This document shows, in pieces, positions 16,731 through 26,390 of a stretch of DNA of 50,664 bases. The position numbers were made by a program, and so were the translations under genes. Under the pieces are notes generated by a model. The model did not search any database and had not been told where the DNA came from. It saw only the letters and a list, made by a program, of their open reading frames with translations. The stretch lies in the IMG/VR virus record IMGVR_UViG_3300033149_003997, positions 1 through 50,664 of that record; one strand, 5' to 3'. How positions within the stretch are numbered: position 1 is the first letter of the stretch; every line of letters begins with the position of its first letter. Source of the DNA: a virus. Its lineage: Duplodnaviria; Caudoviricetes.

Positions 16731-17624
16731 TTAAACCGTGACAGCTTGCGTAGCCAGGGGGTGCGAGGTAATATAGTGGCGGCGCACATGTTCCCGGCTG
16801 ACGTGGAGATAGACCTGAGTGCTCTGAAGAGACGCATGCCCCAAGAGCTCTTGCACAGCCGTTAATGGGGCACCGTGTTCAACCAGGTGGGTTGCACACG
16901 TATGTCGGAGGGTGTGCGCTTTTACCTTCCTTATTCCCGCTCTTCTTGACGCAGTGGCTAACAGACGGGAAACAGCCATTCGCGATAATCTCTCACTACC
17001 GTATCCGATAAACAGCGCCAGTGAATCGTCCCATCGGGGGAACTTTTTCCGCCAGTGGCTGATCCACTCGTCGAGAAGTTCCAGCACCGATTCACAAACA
17101 CAGACAATCCGGTCTTTGGATAGCTTGGCATGTCTCACTCGTATTTCACCACCTTCCCAGTTGATATCGTCCAAGTCTAACCCTACCAGCTCCCCAACCC
17201 GCAACCCGGTGGCATAGAGCAAAGTGCAGGCAGTCCGGTCGCGGAACCCAATAGGAGTGTTGGGAAAGGAGCCCAGTAGTCTCGCCGTTTGATTCTCTGT
17301 CAGTACATTAGGTAGCGACTTTCGTTGTGCGGTAGGTGGCTTGATGCCGTCAAAGGGGTTGCTCTTAGCTTTTTCCTCACTTTGCAGGAATTGATAATAC
17401 ACTCGGAGCATGGACTGAATTCGCACTATAGTGGAAGGTTTATATTCGCCTATCAACTCGTCTACAAAAGCCGCGGCGGTGTACAAATCGGCATCGGTAA
17501 GGCCTAACTGCTGCCCAAGTAGGTAGTCGTGCCAGCGCGCAATCCACAGACAATACCAGTCGATGCGCGGTTGGCTCGTAACGCCCTGCCTGTACCGTAG
17601 GTAGTGACGGAACCGTCCAAGCAT
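16731..17624 (-). CDS. Tyrosine recombinase, XerC/XerD-like
   Basis: LYATGLRVGE (R), HTLRHTCATHL (HxxR), LLGHASLQSTQVY (H, Y); about 297 aa with no arm-binding domain; ATG 17624 after GGAAGGTGG. Confidence 0.9.
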   Translation of the reverse strand: MLGRFRHYLRYRQGVTSQPRIDWYCLWIARWHDYLLGQQLGLTDADLYTAAAFVDELIGEYKPSTIVRIQSMLRVYYQFLQSEEKAKSNPFDGIKPPTAQRKSLPNVLTENQTARLLGSFPNTPIGFRDRTACTLLYATGLRVGELVGLDLDDINWEGGEIRVRHAKLSKDRIVCVCESVLELLDEWISHWRKKFPRWDDSLALFIGYGSERLSRMAVSRLLATASRRAGIRKVKAHTLRHTCATHLVEHGAPLTAVQELLGHASLQSTQVYLHVSREHVRRHYITSHPLATQAVTV

Positions 17625-17782
17625 ATCGACCACCTTCCGTGTTTTTTGGGGTTCTGTATTCTTCGTTAAAAACCCGCCAATTCTTGCAGCTTTCAAAACA
17701 TTCAAATCCCTTCTAGAAATTGAAAACTCACCGCATACGGCGAGTCCCTGCTCAACTTGTCCTTTTTCCTGTTGGCTGTTAG

Positions 17783-17810
17783 CCGTTACAATTCTGGCGA
17801 ATTGTATCAG
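17783..17810. promoter_or_regulatory. Palindromic 11-6-11 site (candidate recombinase core site or operator)
   Basis: CCGTTACAATT-CTGGCG-AATTGTATCAG; arms 9/11 identical in inverted orientation. Confidence 0.4.
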
Positions 17811-17819
17811 CTCACAGCC

Positions 17820-18185
17820 TCACGCACAAGCTACTTGCGCGATCATCGGCGAGCTAAAACCCGCTGATGTCATCGGATCAGCGGCTAATCTCGCCAATCG
17901 CCAAAAGGCATACTGAACAACCTCTTTGCGCTCTGCCTCCGGCAACTCACGCATGAGGCGCGTCAGCGCATTCTCCTCGGTTGGCTCGTCAATAAACACA
18001 GCTGGAGAAACACCTAAAGTATCGGCTATCTGAGCCAGAACTCGCAAACTAGGCATTTGGTGCCCATTTTCAATTGCGCTTATATAGCTCTGGGTGACAC
18101 CAGCGCCATCCGCCAAGTCACTACCCCTAAGCCCCGCCTGTTTACGATACATACGAACTCGCGCTCCCAATACCTTCAAATCCAC
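17820..18185 (-). CDS. CI-like repressor (XRE-family HTH)
   Basis: LADGAGVTQSYISAIENG...PSLRVL; GTG 18185 after GAGGAGGTG. Confidence 0.85.
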   Translation of the reverse strand: MDLKVLGARVRMYRKQAGLRGSDLADGAGVTQSYISAIENGHQMPSLRVLAQIADTLGVSPAVFIDEPTEENALTRLMRELPEAERKEVVQYAFWRLARLAADPMTSAGFSSPMIAQVACA

Positions 18186-18228
18186 TACACCCACCTCCTC
18201 GCCCTTACAGAGTACCACATAATGAAAT

Positions 18229-18350
18229 ATATCACAAGGGGTTATGCAGAAAGCCGACAACATTTCCAGAGTTCTGCACAGTAATTTCAACTCAACCTAA
18301 AGAAACAACCGGAATATGGCTTGACGCATAACCACCGGTGATGTTATATT
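18229..18350. promoter_or_regulatory. Genetic switch: divergent promoters with two related operators
   Basis: Rightward TTGACG-18-TATATT (18321-18350); leftward TTGTGA-17-TACTCT; operators GCATAACC-N4-GTGAT at 18326-18344 (+) and 18229-18247 (-). Confidence 0.75.
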
Positions 18351-18379
18351 AGATATGGTTGGAACTGGAGGGCAGTAGA

Positions 18380-18589
18380 ATGGCCGAGGTAACGTCACTT
18401 AGGGTGGCAAGGGAAGCACTAGGGCTAAGCCAACAAGAGCTGGGGGAGCGCCTGGGCGTCTACCAGTCCTACGTTTCTATGGTTGAGGGGGGGCACAGAA
18501 CACCAAGCCTCCCTGTAGCCCATCGTTGGGCGGAGACCTTGGAATTAGACGTTGACCGTTTCTGCGATCTTCTCAAAAAGGAGGGATAA
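18380..18589 (+). CDS. Cro-like XRE HTH regulator
   Basis: LSQQELGERLGVYQSYVSMVEGG; divergent from the repressor. Confidence 0.85.
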   Translation: MAEVTSLRVAREALGLSQQELGERLGVYQSYVSMVEGGHRTPSLPVAHRWAETLELDVDRFCDLLKKEG

Positions 18590-18591
18590 CC

Positions 18592-18840
18592 ATGGCACTA
18601 GTGATCAGCCTCGAGGATAACGAGGCCGAGGACAGGCCCCTGAAGGCAGAGGCACACAAAATCAACGGGCAGTGGTCACTCCATCTGGTCCGGGGAGACA
18701 AGGACCTATATGTCACACTCAGTCAAGCCGACTGGGAGAAGGTCTGCAGGGCAATCCAGCCGCTCCAGCGGGACGTTTTTTCCTGGTGTCGGTGGAGAAG
18801 GCAAAAACTAACGGAAGCAGGCGCGAAGGTAACCACATAA
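18592..18840 (+). CDS. Hypothetical protein
   Basis: AAGGAGG RBS. Confidence 0.65.
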   Translation: MALVISLEDNEAEDRPLKAEAHKINGQWSLHLVRGDKDLYVTLSQADWEKVCRAIQPLQRDVFSWCRWRRQKLTEAGAKVTT

Positions 18841-18908
18841 CCCCAGTCCAGGAGGTAAGGTCACTTGCGCCTGCTCCTCCAGGATAGCACGAAAGGAGTG
18901 ACAACACA

Positions 18909-19865
18909 ATGGCAATGCCTCTACGAGCCGAGGTTCTCTGCTCCACAAAGGATATGGACCGCGTGGAATGGCTGAGGTGGCGTAAGAAGGGGATCGGCTC
19001 TTCAGACGCCGCCGCTGTGGCGGGGGTAAGCCGCTGGAGTGGTCCCATAGCGGTCTACTTAGACAAAGTACAGGACATCTCACCGGACGACGAGACAGAC
19101 AACGAGGCCATGCAGTGGGGCACCATCCTGGAAGACGTGGTGGCCTCTGAGTTCGCACGTCGGACAGGCCTCAAGGTACAGCGTAGGAACGCGATCCTCC
19201 AACACCCCGAATATGCGCACATGCTCGCAAACATAGATAGGCTGATTGTCGACCCCGAGAACGGCTGGGGGGTCCTTGAAGTCAAGACGACCGGGGCTTG
19301 GAATAAGGACGAGTGGGCGGACGGCAAGGTGCCCGAGGAGGTCCAGGTCCAGGTCCAGCATCAGCTAGCCGTCACGGGGCTGGAATACGCCTATGTGGCG
19401 GTTCTCATCGGTGGGCAACAGTACCAGCACGCACGCATAGACAGGGACGAAGAGGTCATTTCGGCCCTCGTCCAGATAGAATCTGACTTCTGGAAACTGG
19501 TAGAGAACCGGACCCCGCCCGAAATGGACGGCACAGGTGCGGCCTCAGACCTACTCGCCGCCCTGTATCCCACCGCCGAAGAGGGAGAACCCATAGAACT
19601 CCCGCCCACCGCAGAGCAACTCATAGCCGAATATCAAGCTGCTAGCGCAGACGAAAAGGCCGCCAAGGCACGGAAAGACGCTGCGGCTAACGGCCTCAAG
19701 TCCCTGCTCGGTAGCCGCGAACAGGGCTTCTGCGGGGATCGAGTGGTGTCTTGGAAACAGGTCACCAGTACCCGGTTCGACAGCAAGGCGCTCCGGAAAG
19801 CGCGCCCTGACATCTACCAGGATTTCTGCACGCAGAGCGAATATCGGCGGTTCACGGTCCGCTGA
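18909..19865 (+). CDS. YqaJ-like viral recombinase exonuclease
   Basis: WLRWRKKGIGSSD, WGTILE, ANIDR, LEVKT and QVQHQL motifs. Confidence 0.92.
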   Translation: MAMPLRAEVLCSTKDMDRVEWLRWRKKGIGSSDAAAVAGVSRWSGPIAVYLDKVQDISPDDETDNEAMQWGTILEDVVASEFARRTGLKVQRRNAILQHPEYAHMLANIDRLIVDPENGWGVLEVKTTGAWNKDEWADGKVPEEVQVQVQHQLAVTGLEYAYVAVLIGGQQYQHARIDRDEEVISALVQIESDFWKLVENRTPPEMDGTGAASDLLAALYPTAEEGEPIELPPTAEQLIAEYQAASADEKAAKARKDAAANGLKSLLGSREQGFCGDRVVSWKQVTSTRFDSKALRKARPDIYQDFCTQSEYRRFTVR

Positions 19866-19881
19866 GAAGGAGGGAATTATA

Positions 19882-20700
19882 ATGCCTAAAGACCTGAAGG
19901 AAAAACTGAACGAGAAGGCCGTCACCCCTACCAAGGGCAAGCGACCGGAAATGGCGATCCGGGAGTATCTGGAGCGGCAGAAGTCCGAGATACAGCGGGC
20001 ACTGCCTAAGCACCTGGACGCTGAGAGGCTTACCCGGATCGCAATGACGACTATCCGCCTCAACCCCCAGCTACAGCAATGCACCGTAGCGAGCCTTTTA
20101 GGAGCGGTCATGCAGGCCGCACAGCTCGGCCTTGAACCGGGGCTCCTCGGACACTGCTATCTCATCCCCTTCAAAAACAACAAGAAGGGGACCCACGAAG
20201 TCCAGTTCATGATCGGTTACAAAGGTATGATCGACCTGGCGAGGCGGAGCGGAAACATCCAGAGCATATATGCCCACGAGGTTCGGGAAAATGACGAGTT
20301 CGAGTATGAGTACGGATTGCAGCCCAAACTCGTTCACAAGCCCGCCATGTCCGACCGCGGCAAGGTAATCGGATACTACGCTGTCGCGCACTTCAAAGAC
20401 GGTGGCTACCAGTTTGAGTTCATGCCGATGGAAAAGGTCGAGGAACGGCGGCAGCGGTCTGCGGCGGCCAAAAGTGGGCCGTGGGTGACCGATTTTGACG
20501 AGATGGCCAAAAAGACGGTTATCCGCTACATGTTCAAGTACCTGCCCGTCTCGGTTGAGATACAACAGAGCATTGCCCATGACGAGACGGTCAAGGCCAG
20601 TCCCGAAGACGAACCCCACCACCCCGATCAGGAAGACTACATCGACATCGGCGATCCGCCGCCCGTAGAAGACGGCGACGTTGACCTGGGGGTGGGCTAA
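19882..20700 (+). CDS. recT: RecT single-strand annealing protein
   Basis: AAQLGLEP, YLIPF, IGYKGMIDLARRSG and MAKKTVIR motifs. Confidence 0.93.
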   Translation: MPKDLKEKLNEKAVTPTKGKRPEMAIREYLERQKSEIQRALPKHLDAERLTRIAMTTIRLNPQLQQCTVASLLGAVMQAAQLGLEPGLLGHCYLIPFKNNKKGTHEVQFMIGYKGMIDLARRSGNIQSIYAHEVRENDEFEYEYGLQPKLVHKPAMSDRGKVIGYYAVAHFKDGGYQFEFMPMEKVEERRQRSAAAKSGPWVTDFDEMAKKTVIRYMFKYLPVSVEIQQSIAHDETVKASPEDEPHHPDQEDYIDIGDPPPVEDGDVDLGVG

Positions 20701-21149
20701 GTGTCTGCCACCCTTAATTGCGTACCCGATCCGACGCAGATAGGCCACCCCGGAGGGTTGAGTTCTAGGGACGGAGAGTATGTCGAGATAGTCAGGGAGG
20801 TATTACATGCGCTGCATGTCGCTCTGTGCAACGCGCAATACCACACCAAAGAAGACCTGGACGACATACTGGAGGCTGTGAAGGACAGCTATTGAGATAC
20901 ATCGTTGGGGGGCGGGGAATCAGGGGTTCCTCGCCCCCGGGAGGGAGTAGGGAACATGCTTTCAACAGATCCGAACATCGGGGCTGACCGGCGAGAGATC
21001 ACCCGCAGAGTATTAGCGCAAAATATACAGGAGGCCATTGCAGACGTGGCCCTGCCTTTGGTGGAGCAACTTATCGTAACCATAGCCAGGCAGCAAGCTC
21101 AGAAGACTGAGCGCTGGCTGTGGAGTGCCGAGTGCAAGGAGAATGCGGA

Positions 21150-21512
21150 ATGAACACGGTCATTTTGATAGGCCGCCTGACCCGCGATCCCGACCTACGC
21201 TATACCGCCGGCGGAAACGCCAGCTGTTACTTCTGTCTAGCCGTGGACAGGCCGTTCACCAACCAGCAGGGCGAAAAGGAAACCGACTTCATCGACGTGG
21301 TCTGCTGGCGCAAGCTGGCCGAGACCGTGGGCAAGCATCTCGGTAAGGGCCGCCTAGTCGCCGTACAAGGCCGCCTGCAGACCCGTACCTACGAAAAGGA
21401 CGGGCAGAAGCGCAAGGCATACGAGGTAGTTGCAGAAAATGTCCGGTTCCTCGACTGGCCCAAAGGCGAGGACGCTTCCACCGCTGACGAAGACGACTTT
21501 CCCGAGTTCTAG
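21150..21512 (+). CDS. ssb: Single-stranded DNA-binding protein
   Basis: MNTVILIGRLTRDPDLRYT...DFIDVVCW...GRLQTR; acidic DDFPEF tail. Confidence 0.93.
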   Translation: MNTVILIGRLTRDPDLRYTAGGNASCYFCLAVDRPFTNQQGEKETDFIDVVCWRKLAETVGKHLGKGRLVAVQGRLQTRTYEKDGQKRKAYEVVAENVRFLDWPKGEDASTADEDDFPEF

Positions 21513-21539
21513 CCACACCCTGTGGGAGGGGGAAGAGGA

Positions 21540-21827
21540 ATGATACAACAGGTGAAGACTGACTTTGCGAGGTACAGCCTCATTGAGCTTTGCGCCATGA
21601 GGGACGAACTTGTCCAGTACTGGGAGGAGAGTGCGTTAGAGGAAGGCGCCCGGCTGGACAGTGCCTTATCTGCCATTGTTGGCCCGGAGTATAAGAAGCA
21701 GCGGGCCATGTATCTAAACGTGATAGGCACACCGCTCCTCCTAGAACTCACCCAGCGCATGCACGACTATATTCTTGCGCGGGTTGCCGTGTACCCTGAT
21801 GAGCTGGAACAGCAGCCTTCGTCGTAA
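21540..21827 (+). CDS. Hypothetical protein
   Basis: ORF with purine-rich RBS. Confidence 0.55.
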   Translation: MIQQVKTDFARYSLIELCAMRDELVQYWEESALEEGARLDSALSAIVGPEYKKQRAMYLNVIGTPLLLELTQRMHDYILARVAVYPDELEQQPSS

Positions 21828-22143
21828 AACACCACTGCGCCAGAAGTCGCCGCTCAAACGTACCACTCCATTGAAAGCCAACAAACCGCTCAATCGCTCG
21901 AGATCACGGCTGAAGCGGCACTACAGAGGGATAGGTCCACAGCTGCGACGTTCGGTATTTGACCGGGACGGGTGGCGGTGTCAGCGGTGCGGGTCTACTC
22001 GGGGTCTGCACCCACACCACCTGAAGGCAAGGGGGCGGGGCGGGAAGGACGATCTAGGGAACCTGATTACGCTGTGCTTTGAGTGTCATCGCTGGGTACA
22101 CGAACACCCGGCGGAATCCAGGGAGAGGGGATTGCTGAGATGA
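21799..22143 (+). CDS. HNH endonuclease
   Basis: RDGWRCQRCG...HPHH...GG...NLITLCFECH. Confidence 0.85.
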   Translation: MSWNSSLRRKTPLRQKSPLKRTTPLKANKPLNRSRSRLKRHYRGIGPQLRRSVFDRDGWRCQRCGSTRGLHPHHLKARGRGGKDDLGNLITLCFECHRWVHEHPAESRERGLLR

Positions 22144-22285
22144 GTTACGACGAGGAGCACTGGGAGAAGCGGTGGGCGTACTACTGGGATAGAATGTTCG
22201 CTATCCAGCGGTGGGTGCCCTATATTGTGTTGGGTTTAGTGGTTGGCTGGATGGTGTATTGCACAGTCGCAAGGGGGTTGCTGCG

Positions 22286-22645
22286 GTGACCATACCGGAG
22301 GGACTCACAAAGATTCTCGAAGAGCTGGCGGCCAAGCTGGGCACCACGGTGGAACACCTATGGGCTGTGACAATCAAGCAGCAGGTGATGGTGGGTTGGT
22401 TCTGCTTCGTCGCTGGAATGCTTTTAACTGCAGTATCTATAGCCACCGCAATATATTGCTTTATTGTTGCGCAGCGACTGCGTAAGGGCAACCGTTACGG
22501 GTGGGAATATTGGTTGTTCGGGGCCGCCCTTTTTGGGCTGCCCTTTGTGGTTGCTATCGGTATTTACTTCTATGATGGAATATTCCGCCTAGCCAATCTA
22601 GACTACTATGCGTTTCGGGCCATTCTGGGGATGCTGGGCCAATGA
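22286..22645 (+). CDS. Membrane protein
   Basis: LAAKLGTTVEHLW followed by two TM segments. Confidence 0.65.
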   Translation: MTIPEGLTKILEELAAKLGTTVEHLWAVTIKQQVMVGWFCFVAGMLLTAVSIATAIYCFIVAQRLRKGNRYGWEYWLFGAALFGLPFVVAIGIYFYDGIFRLANLDYYAFRAILGMLGQ

Positions 22646-22938
22646 CCGCCCTGCTGAACGACATCTACCACGATGTTCTGGAAGCACTCTGCTGGCTCGC
22701 TGACCGGGCACCTCGCTTTATGCGGCGCTGGATACGGCTGATACTGCACCGAACCGGGCGGTTCTGTTGGGAGTGCCTTGTGCGGTGGGAATGGGCCGAG
22801 CCCGGCCGCCGCCGGGACCTGTTTTACGAAATCAACCCATGGGCGGGGGACGCGCGGCAATACTGCGGTGACAACTACAGCCACGGCTGCGGTGCCCCCT
22901 TTTGTGCGCTGAAGAAGAAGCGGGGAGAGCGACAATGA
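22642..22938 (+). CDS. Hypothetical Cys-containing protein
   Basis: Coupled ATGA start. Confidence 0.55.
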   Translation: MTALLNDIYHDVLEALCWLADRAPRFMRRWIRLILHRTGRFCWECLVRWEWAEPGRRRDLFYEINPWAGDARQYCGDNYSHGCGAPFCALKKKRGERQ

Positions 22939-23036
22939 CGGCGTTTCTGAAATCTCTTGAGCTGATCCTGGCACTGACAGCCCTAGTCGCCGCTGTGGGC
23001 TGGGCTATCAGCGAGTGTAAGTGAGGAGGGGAAACA

Positions 23037-23213
23037 GTGAACGCGCCTTTGAGTTTTGCCTTAGGTCAGTTGATTGTACTCGTCGAGACTGCCATCGAGT
23101 GGCTGGAGGACGACCCTGACTTCGGTGATTGTGCACTCAACAAATTAAAGAAGACCGTGCTTGAAGTCCAGATGTGTATAGAAGACGCCTTGGAAAAGGA
23201 GGGGGAGCAGTGA
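23037..23213 (+). CDS. Small hypothetical protein, paralog of 23633
   Basis: MNAPLSFALGQLIVLVETAIEWLEDD...; GGAGG RBS. Confidence 0.6.
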   Translation: MNAPLSFALGQLIVLVETAIEWLEDDPDFGDCALNKLKKTVLEVQMCIEDALEKEGEQ

Positions 23214-23452
23214 AGCTGCACTTTGTTTTGGCGGACACTTGGGTTACCACCTGCGCCGTCATGCACGAAAACCAAATCACGCCTTATCGGAAGCGAATCG
23301 TAACCGTGGAACTAACCCCCGAACAGATGCAGACGATTGCCCCGCGCTGTGTCGGTTATAACGGTAGCACACCCATGTTTGAGGAGCTACTGGAAGTAAT
23401 CCTGGAACGCGACGAGGAGGAGCGCAACGAGGAGGCGCCTACTGATGAGTAA
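23210..23452 (+). CDS. Hypothetical protein
   Basis: GTG start coupled to the upstream stop. Confidence 0.55.
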   Translation: MKLHFVLADTWVTTCAVMHENQITPYRKRIVTVELTPEQMQTIAPRCVGYNGSTPMFEELLEVILERDEEERNEEAPTDE

Positions 23453-23636
23453 ACCCAATCCCGAGAAAGTGCACCCCGCTCTGGCGAGGGAAGCCTTGCG
23501 CCGCGCCGGAGGAGAACGGACCGCAGCCTATAGCCAGTACATCGGGCTGTGCTACCAAGCAACAGGTAGTCTCGCGCCGGGCTGTGACAATAAAGACCTA
23601 CAGGCCTTCTACGACCGAGAGGAGGGGGAACAATGA
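23445..23636 (+). CDS. Hypothetical protein
   Basis: GGAGG RBS; 63 aa. Confidence 0.55.
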   Translation: MSKPNPEKVHPALAREALRRAGGERTAAYSQYIGLCYQATGSLAPGCDNKDLQAFYDREEGEQ

Positions 23637-23803
23637 ACGCCCGTTTCTACATGGCTCTAGGGCGGCTAATTGAGGTCGTTGAGGCTACTGCTGACTGGTT
23701 GGAGGAAGACGCCGAGGCCTTCTACTACACCGACAAACTGAGGAGCGCCGTGTGTGGTGTTTGGCAGTGTGTTGATGAGGGCGAGGTGTCCAGTGATGGC
23801 TGA
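23633..23803 (+). CDS. Small hypothetical protein, paralog of 23037
   Basis: MNARFYMALGRLIEVVEATADWLEED...; GGAGG RBS. Confidence 0.6.
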   Translation: MNARFYMALGRLIEVVEATADWLEEDAEAFYYTDKLRSAVCGVWQCVDEGEVSSDG

Positions 23804-23941
23804 CTGGACCATCTCGGAGATCGCCGACATTGCGGCGGATGCAATACACAGATGAGCACGCGCAGCGGATATAGAAGACTAGTTCTCCCCAGCGTAGTCT
23901 ATGCGGGTTCGGTTTGATTCATGCACGAGAGGTCGGAAATC

Positions 23942-24847
23942 GTGGCTAGACCGACAAAGCGCACAATAGATTACTTCCCTCACTTTGTTGGAGGCGGCAA
24001 GACGCTCACGATCCTCGAAAGCCGGTTCGGCAACGACGGCTATGCCTTCTGGTTTAAGCTACTTGAGATTCTAGGCGGGACCGACGGCCACGTTTATGCA
24101 TACATAAACCCCGTTGACGTGGAGTTTCTGCTTGCAAAAACTCGGGTGAGCCGAGATACTGCAGACGCTATCCTGAATCTACTTGCAGAATTAGGGGCAA
24201 TCGACCCTGATTTATGGGCAGAGGGCATAATTTGGTCTGATAACTTTGTTCAAAATATCAGCGAGGTTTACGCCCGTAGGAAGGTTTCTGTACCACAGAA
24301 ACCCCGGGTGAGCGGGGTTTCTGCTGACATAAACTCGGCTGAGGAGGGTTTCTGTAGCGAAAACTCCGACAGAAACCCACAAAGTAAAGTAAAGTATACT
24401 AAAGTAAATAATAAAGACATATCGTCGAACGACGACGATTCCCCCTCCTTATCTTCAGAAACAGCAGAAGATATCCCTGATCCCATCGCCGAGGTTTGGG
24501 GCCACTACCAAGCGCAGTTCTCGGATGTCTGGAAGCGGTCCCTGAAGTTTACCCAAACCCGCAAAAGCGCAATCAAAGCCCGCCTCAAGTCCTACTCCGT
24601 CGAGGAGCTATGTCGCGCAGTAACCAATATCCGAGCTTCACCGTGGCATGTGGGGCAGAACCCCAACGCCAAGGTCTATGCTACCCCGGAGTTTATTTTC
24701 CGGAAGGACGAAAAGGTGGAGGAATGGCTTAACTACGACCCTGAGGAGAGGGGGAAGAGCGGTGGCAGAGCGACTGTCCGCCAGCGCGATCCAAGCCAAG
24801 TTGACTGGGATGCGGAAGCTGCAAAGTGGGCTGACGGTTTCTGCTGA
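23942..24847 (+). CDS. Phage replication initiator (DUF4373/Lin1244-like N-terminus)
   Basis: ARPTKRTIDYFPH...FGNDGYAFWFKLLE; C-terminal phage replisome-organiser-like domain; upstream of a DnaC-like gene. Confidence 0.8.
   Translation: MARPTKRTIDYFPHFVGGGKTLTILESRFGNDGYAFWFKLLEILGGTDGHVYAYINPVDVEFLLAKTRVSRDTADAILNLLAELGAIDPDLWAEGIIWSDNFVQNISEVYARRKVSVPQKPRVSGVSADINSAEEGFCSENSDRNPQSKVKYTKVNNKDISSNDDDSPSLSSETAEDIPDPIAEVWGHYQAQFSDVWKRSLKFTQTRKSAIKARLKSYSVEELCRAVTNIRASPWHVGQNPNAKVYATPEFIFRKDEKVEEWLNYDPEERGKSGGRATVRQRDPSQVDWDAEAAKWADGFC
24283..24418. repeat. Putative replication origin: GGTTTCTG/CAGAAACC iterons plus an AT-rich tract
   Basis: GGTTTCTG at 24283, 24316 and 24347; inverted CAGAAACC at 24296 and 24370; then AAAGTAAAGTAAAGTATACTAAAGTAAATAATAAA, all inside the initiator linker. 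Confidence 0.7.
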
Positions 24848-25547
24848 CCCGTCTCAGTGCACCAGTTCTACCTCCTGCATAGAGGGCACCCTGCGGGACG
24901 GTCGTACCTGCCCGGAGTGGGGTAACCCTGTGCATGAGACCCAATGTCGGAAGCGACGGCAGAAATTCCGCAATCAGCAAGACGCAGCGGGTATTCCGGA
25001 GCGGTATCGTGACGCATGGCTGCCCCTCCTCTCCCCTCGTGCGCCGAACACGCAGCAGTTCGTCCGGGTGAAGGCCTACTTGCAACATTTACCCGAGCGG
25101 CTACGAGAGGGACGGGGGCTTATCCTGCTTGGCCCTGTGGGGTGTGGAAAAAGCACGCTGGCTACGGCCCTGGCCAATGCCGCACTGGCCCTGGAGCACA
25201 AGGTCACCTGGATAGACCTTGCCAACCTGCTAGATCGGTGCAACATGTTGAAAGCCACCAGCCGCCAAACATGGGCCGAGTACGAAGATTCGCTTCGCAC
25301 CGATCCTCTCCTGATCCTCGACGACGTGGGCGAGGAGTACCGCAGTGACTACACCAGCAACAAAGTCATGGCGATCCTAGCCGAGCGGTACAACGAGAAG
25401 AAGGCGACTGTCATAACCGCCAACCTAGCGCCGGATGACCTGCGTGGGACATATGGAGAGCGGCTCTACGACCGCTGGCGGGAAACCTCAGAGGTTGTAG
25501 TCCTCAAAGGTGAGAGCCTGAGGCGGAAGTTAGGGGGGGGAACGTAG
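24762..25547 (+). CDS. DnaC/IstB-like helicase loader ATPase
   Basis: AGIPERY, GPVGCGKS, LLILDDVG, ITAN and RLYDR motifs. Confidence 0.88.
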   Translation: MAERLSASAIQAKLTGMRKLQSGLTVSADPSQCTSSTSCIEGTLRDGRTCPEWGNPVHETQCRKRRQKFRNQQDAAGIPERYRDAWLPLLSPRAPNTQQFVRVKAYLQHLPERLREGRGLILLGPVGCGKSTLATALANAALALEHKVTWIDLANLLDRCNMLKATSRQTWAEYEDSLRTDPLLILDDVGEEYRSDYTSNKVMAILAERYNEKKATVITANLAPDDLRGTYGERLYDRWRETSEVVVLKGESLRRKLGGGT

Positions 25548-26095
25548 TGAACCTACCCTGCGGACCGTTCGCAACCCTATACGCTGACCCTCCCTGGCCG
25601 GAATACGGGGGGGGCAGAATCAAACGCGGTGCGGATCGCCACTACAAGCTCATGTGCGTGAGCGACATCAAGGCTATGGGCGACGACATCCAAAACACCA
25701 TGGCCCCCGATTCACACTGCTATCTATGGGTTACGAATAACTACCTACCCGCAGGTTTGGAGGTGTTGAAAGCGTGGGGGTACCGATACATTACGACCAT
25801 CACTTGGGCCAAGGACAAGTTCGGCCTAGGTCAGTATTACCGGGGCCAGACAGAGCACTGTTTGTTTGGGGTACGGGGTCGGATTCCGTACCGGAAGCGG
25901 CCCAACGGCAAGCGAGCGCAAGGAGTAACAATCATTCATGCCCCGCGTCGGAAGCACTCTCAGAAGCCGGACGAAATGCGCGAGATGATTGAGGTCGTCA
26001 GCCCACCGCCATATCTAGAGCTATTCGCGCGTGAGCGGGCGCCTGGATGGATTGTATGGGGTGACGAGGTAGGGAGGGAACCCAGTGAGGGCTGA
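25547..26095 (+). CDS. MT-A70 family adenine methyltransferase
   Basis: YADPPW catalytic motif; LWVTN; HSQKP; LELFAR. Confidence 0.9.
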   Translation: MNLPCGPFATLYADPPWPEYGGGRIKRGADRHYKLMCVSDIKAMGDDIQNTMAPDSHCYLWVTNNYLPAGLEVLKAWGYRYITTITWAKDKFGLGQYYRGQTEHCLFGVRGRIPYRKRPNGKRAQGVTIIHAPRRKHSQKPDEMREMIEVVSPPPYLELFARERAPGWIVWGDEVGREPSEG

Positions 26096-26390
26096 ATACG
26101 ACGCGCCGGGTTTCGTGAACGGCAAGCCCGCAGAGGAGGGACGGATCGCGCTGGACGGGCGGGAGCTGTTCTGGCCGAATTCGCAGATTTCTCGGTTGAA
26201 GCGACTATGGGAAGACGGCTGGTCCCTGCGCGTCATGCAACACGTTCTTGAGAGGGAAGCGATTGAGTGCTTTGTTATGCTGTTTGATCTGTTGGCTCAG
26301 GGCGTGCTTCGCAGCCGTTACAATGGCTGGAGGGGTTGGCGTAAAGACGAGGAGTGGCGGGACGAGAGGGCCTTCGAGAGGAGTGCGTGA
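26085..26390 (+). CDS. Hypothetical protein
   Basis: 101 aa with RBS. Confidence 0.6.
   Translation: MRAEYDAPGFVNGKPAEEGRIALDGRELFWPNSQISRLKRLWEDGWSLRVMQHVLEREAIECFVMLFDLLAQGVLRSRYNGWRGWRKDEEWRDERAFERSA

Noticed and set aside
23440-23470. Other CTGATGA hammerhead-like cores (also near 21796 and 29261)
   Set aside because: They fall at stop/start overlaps of genes and lack the flanking stems and GAAA arrangement
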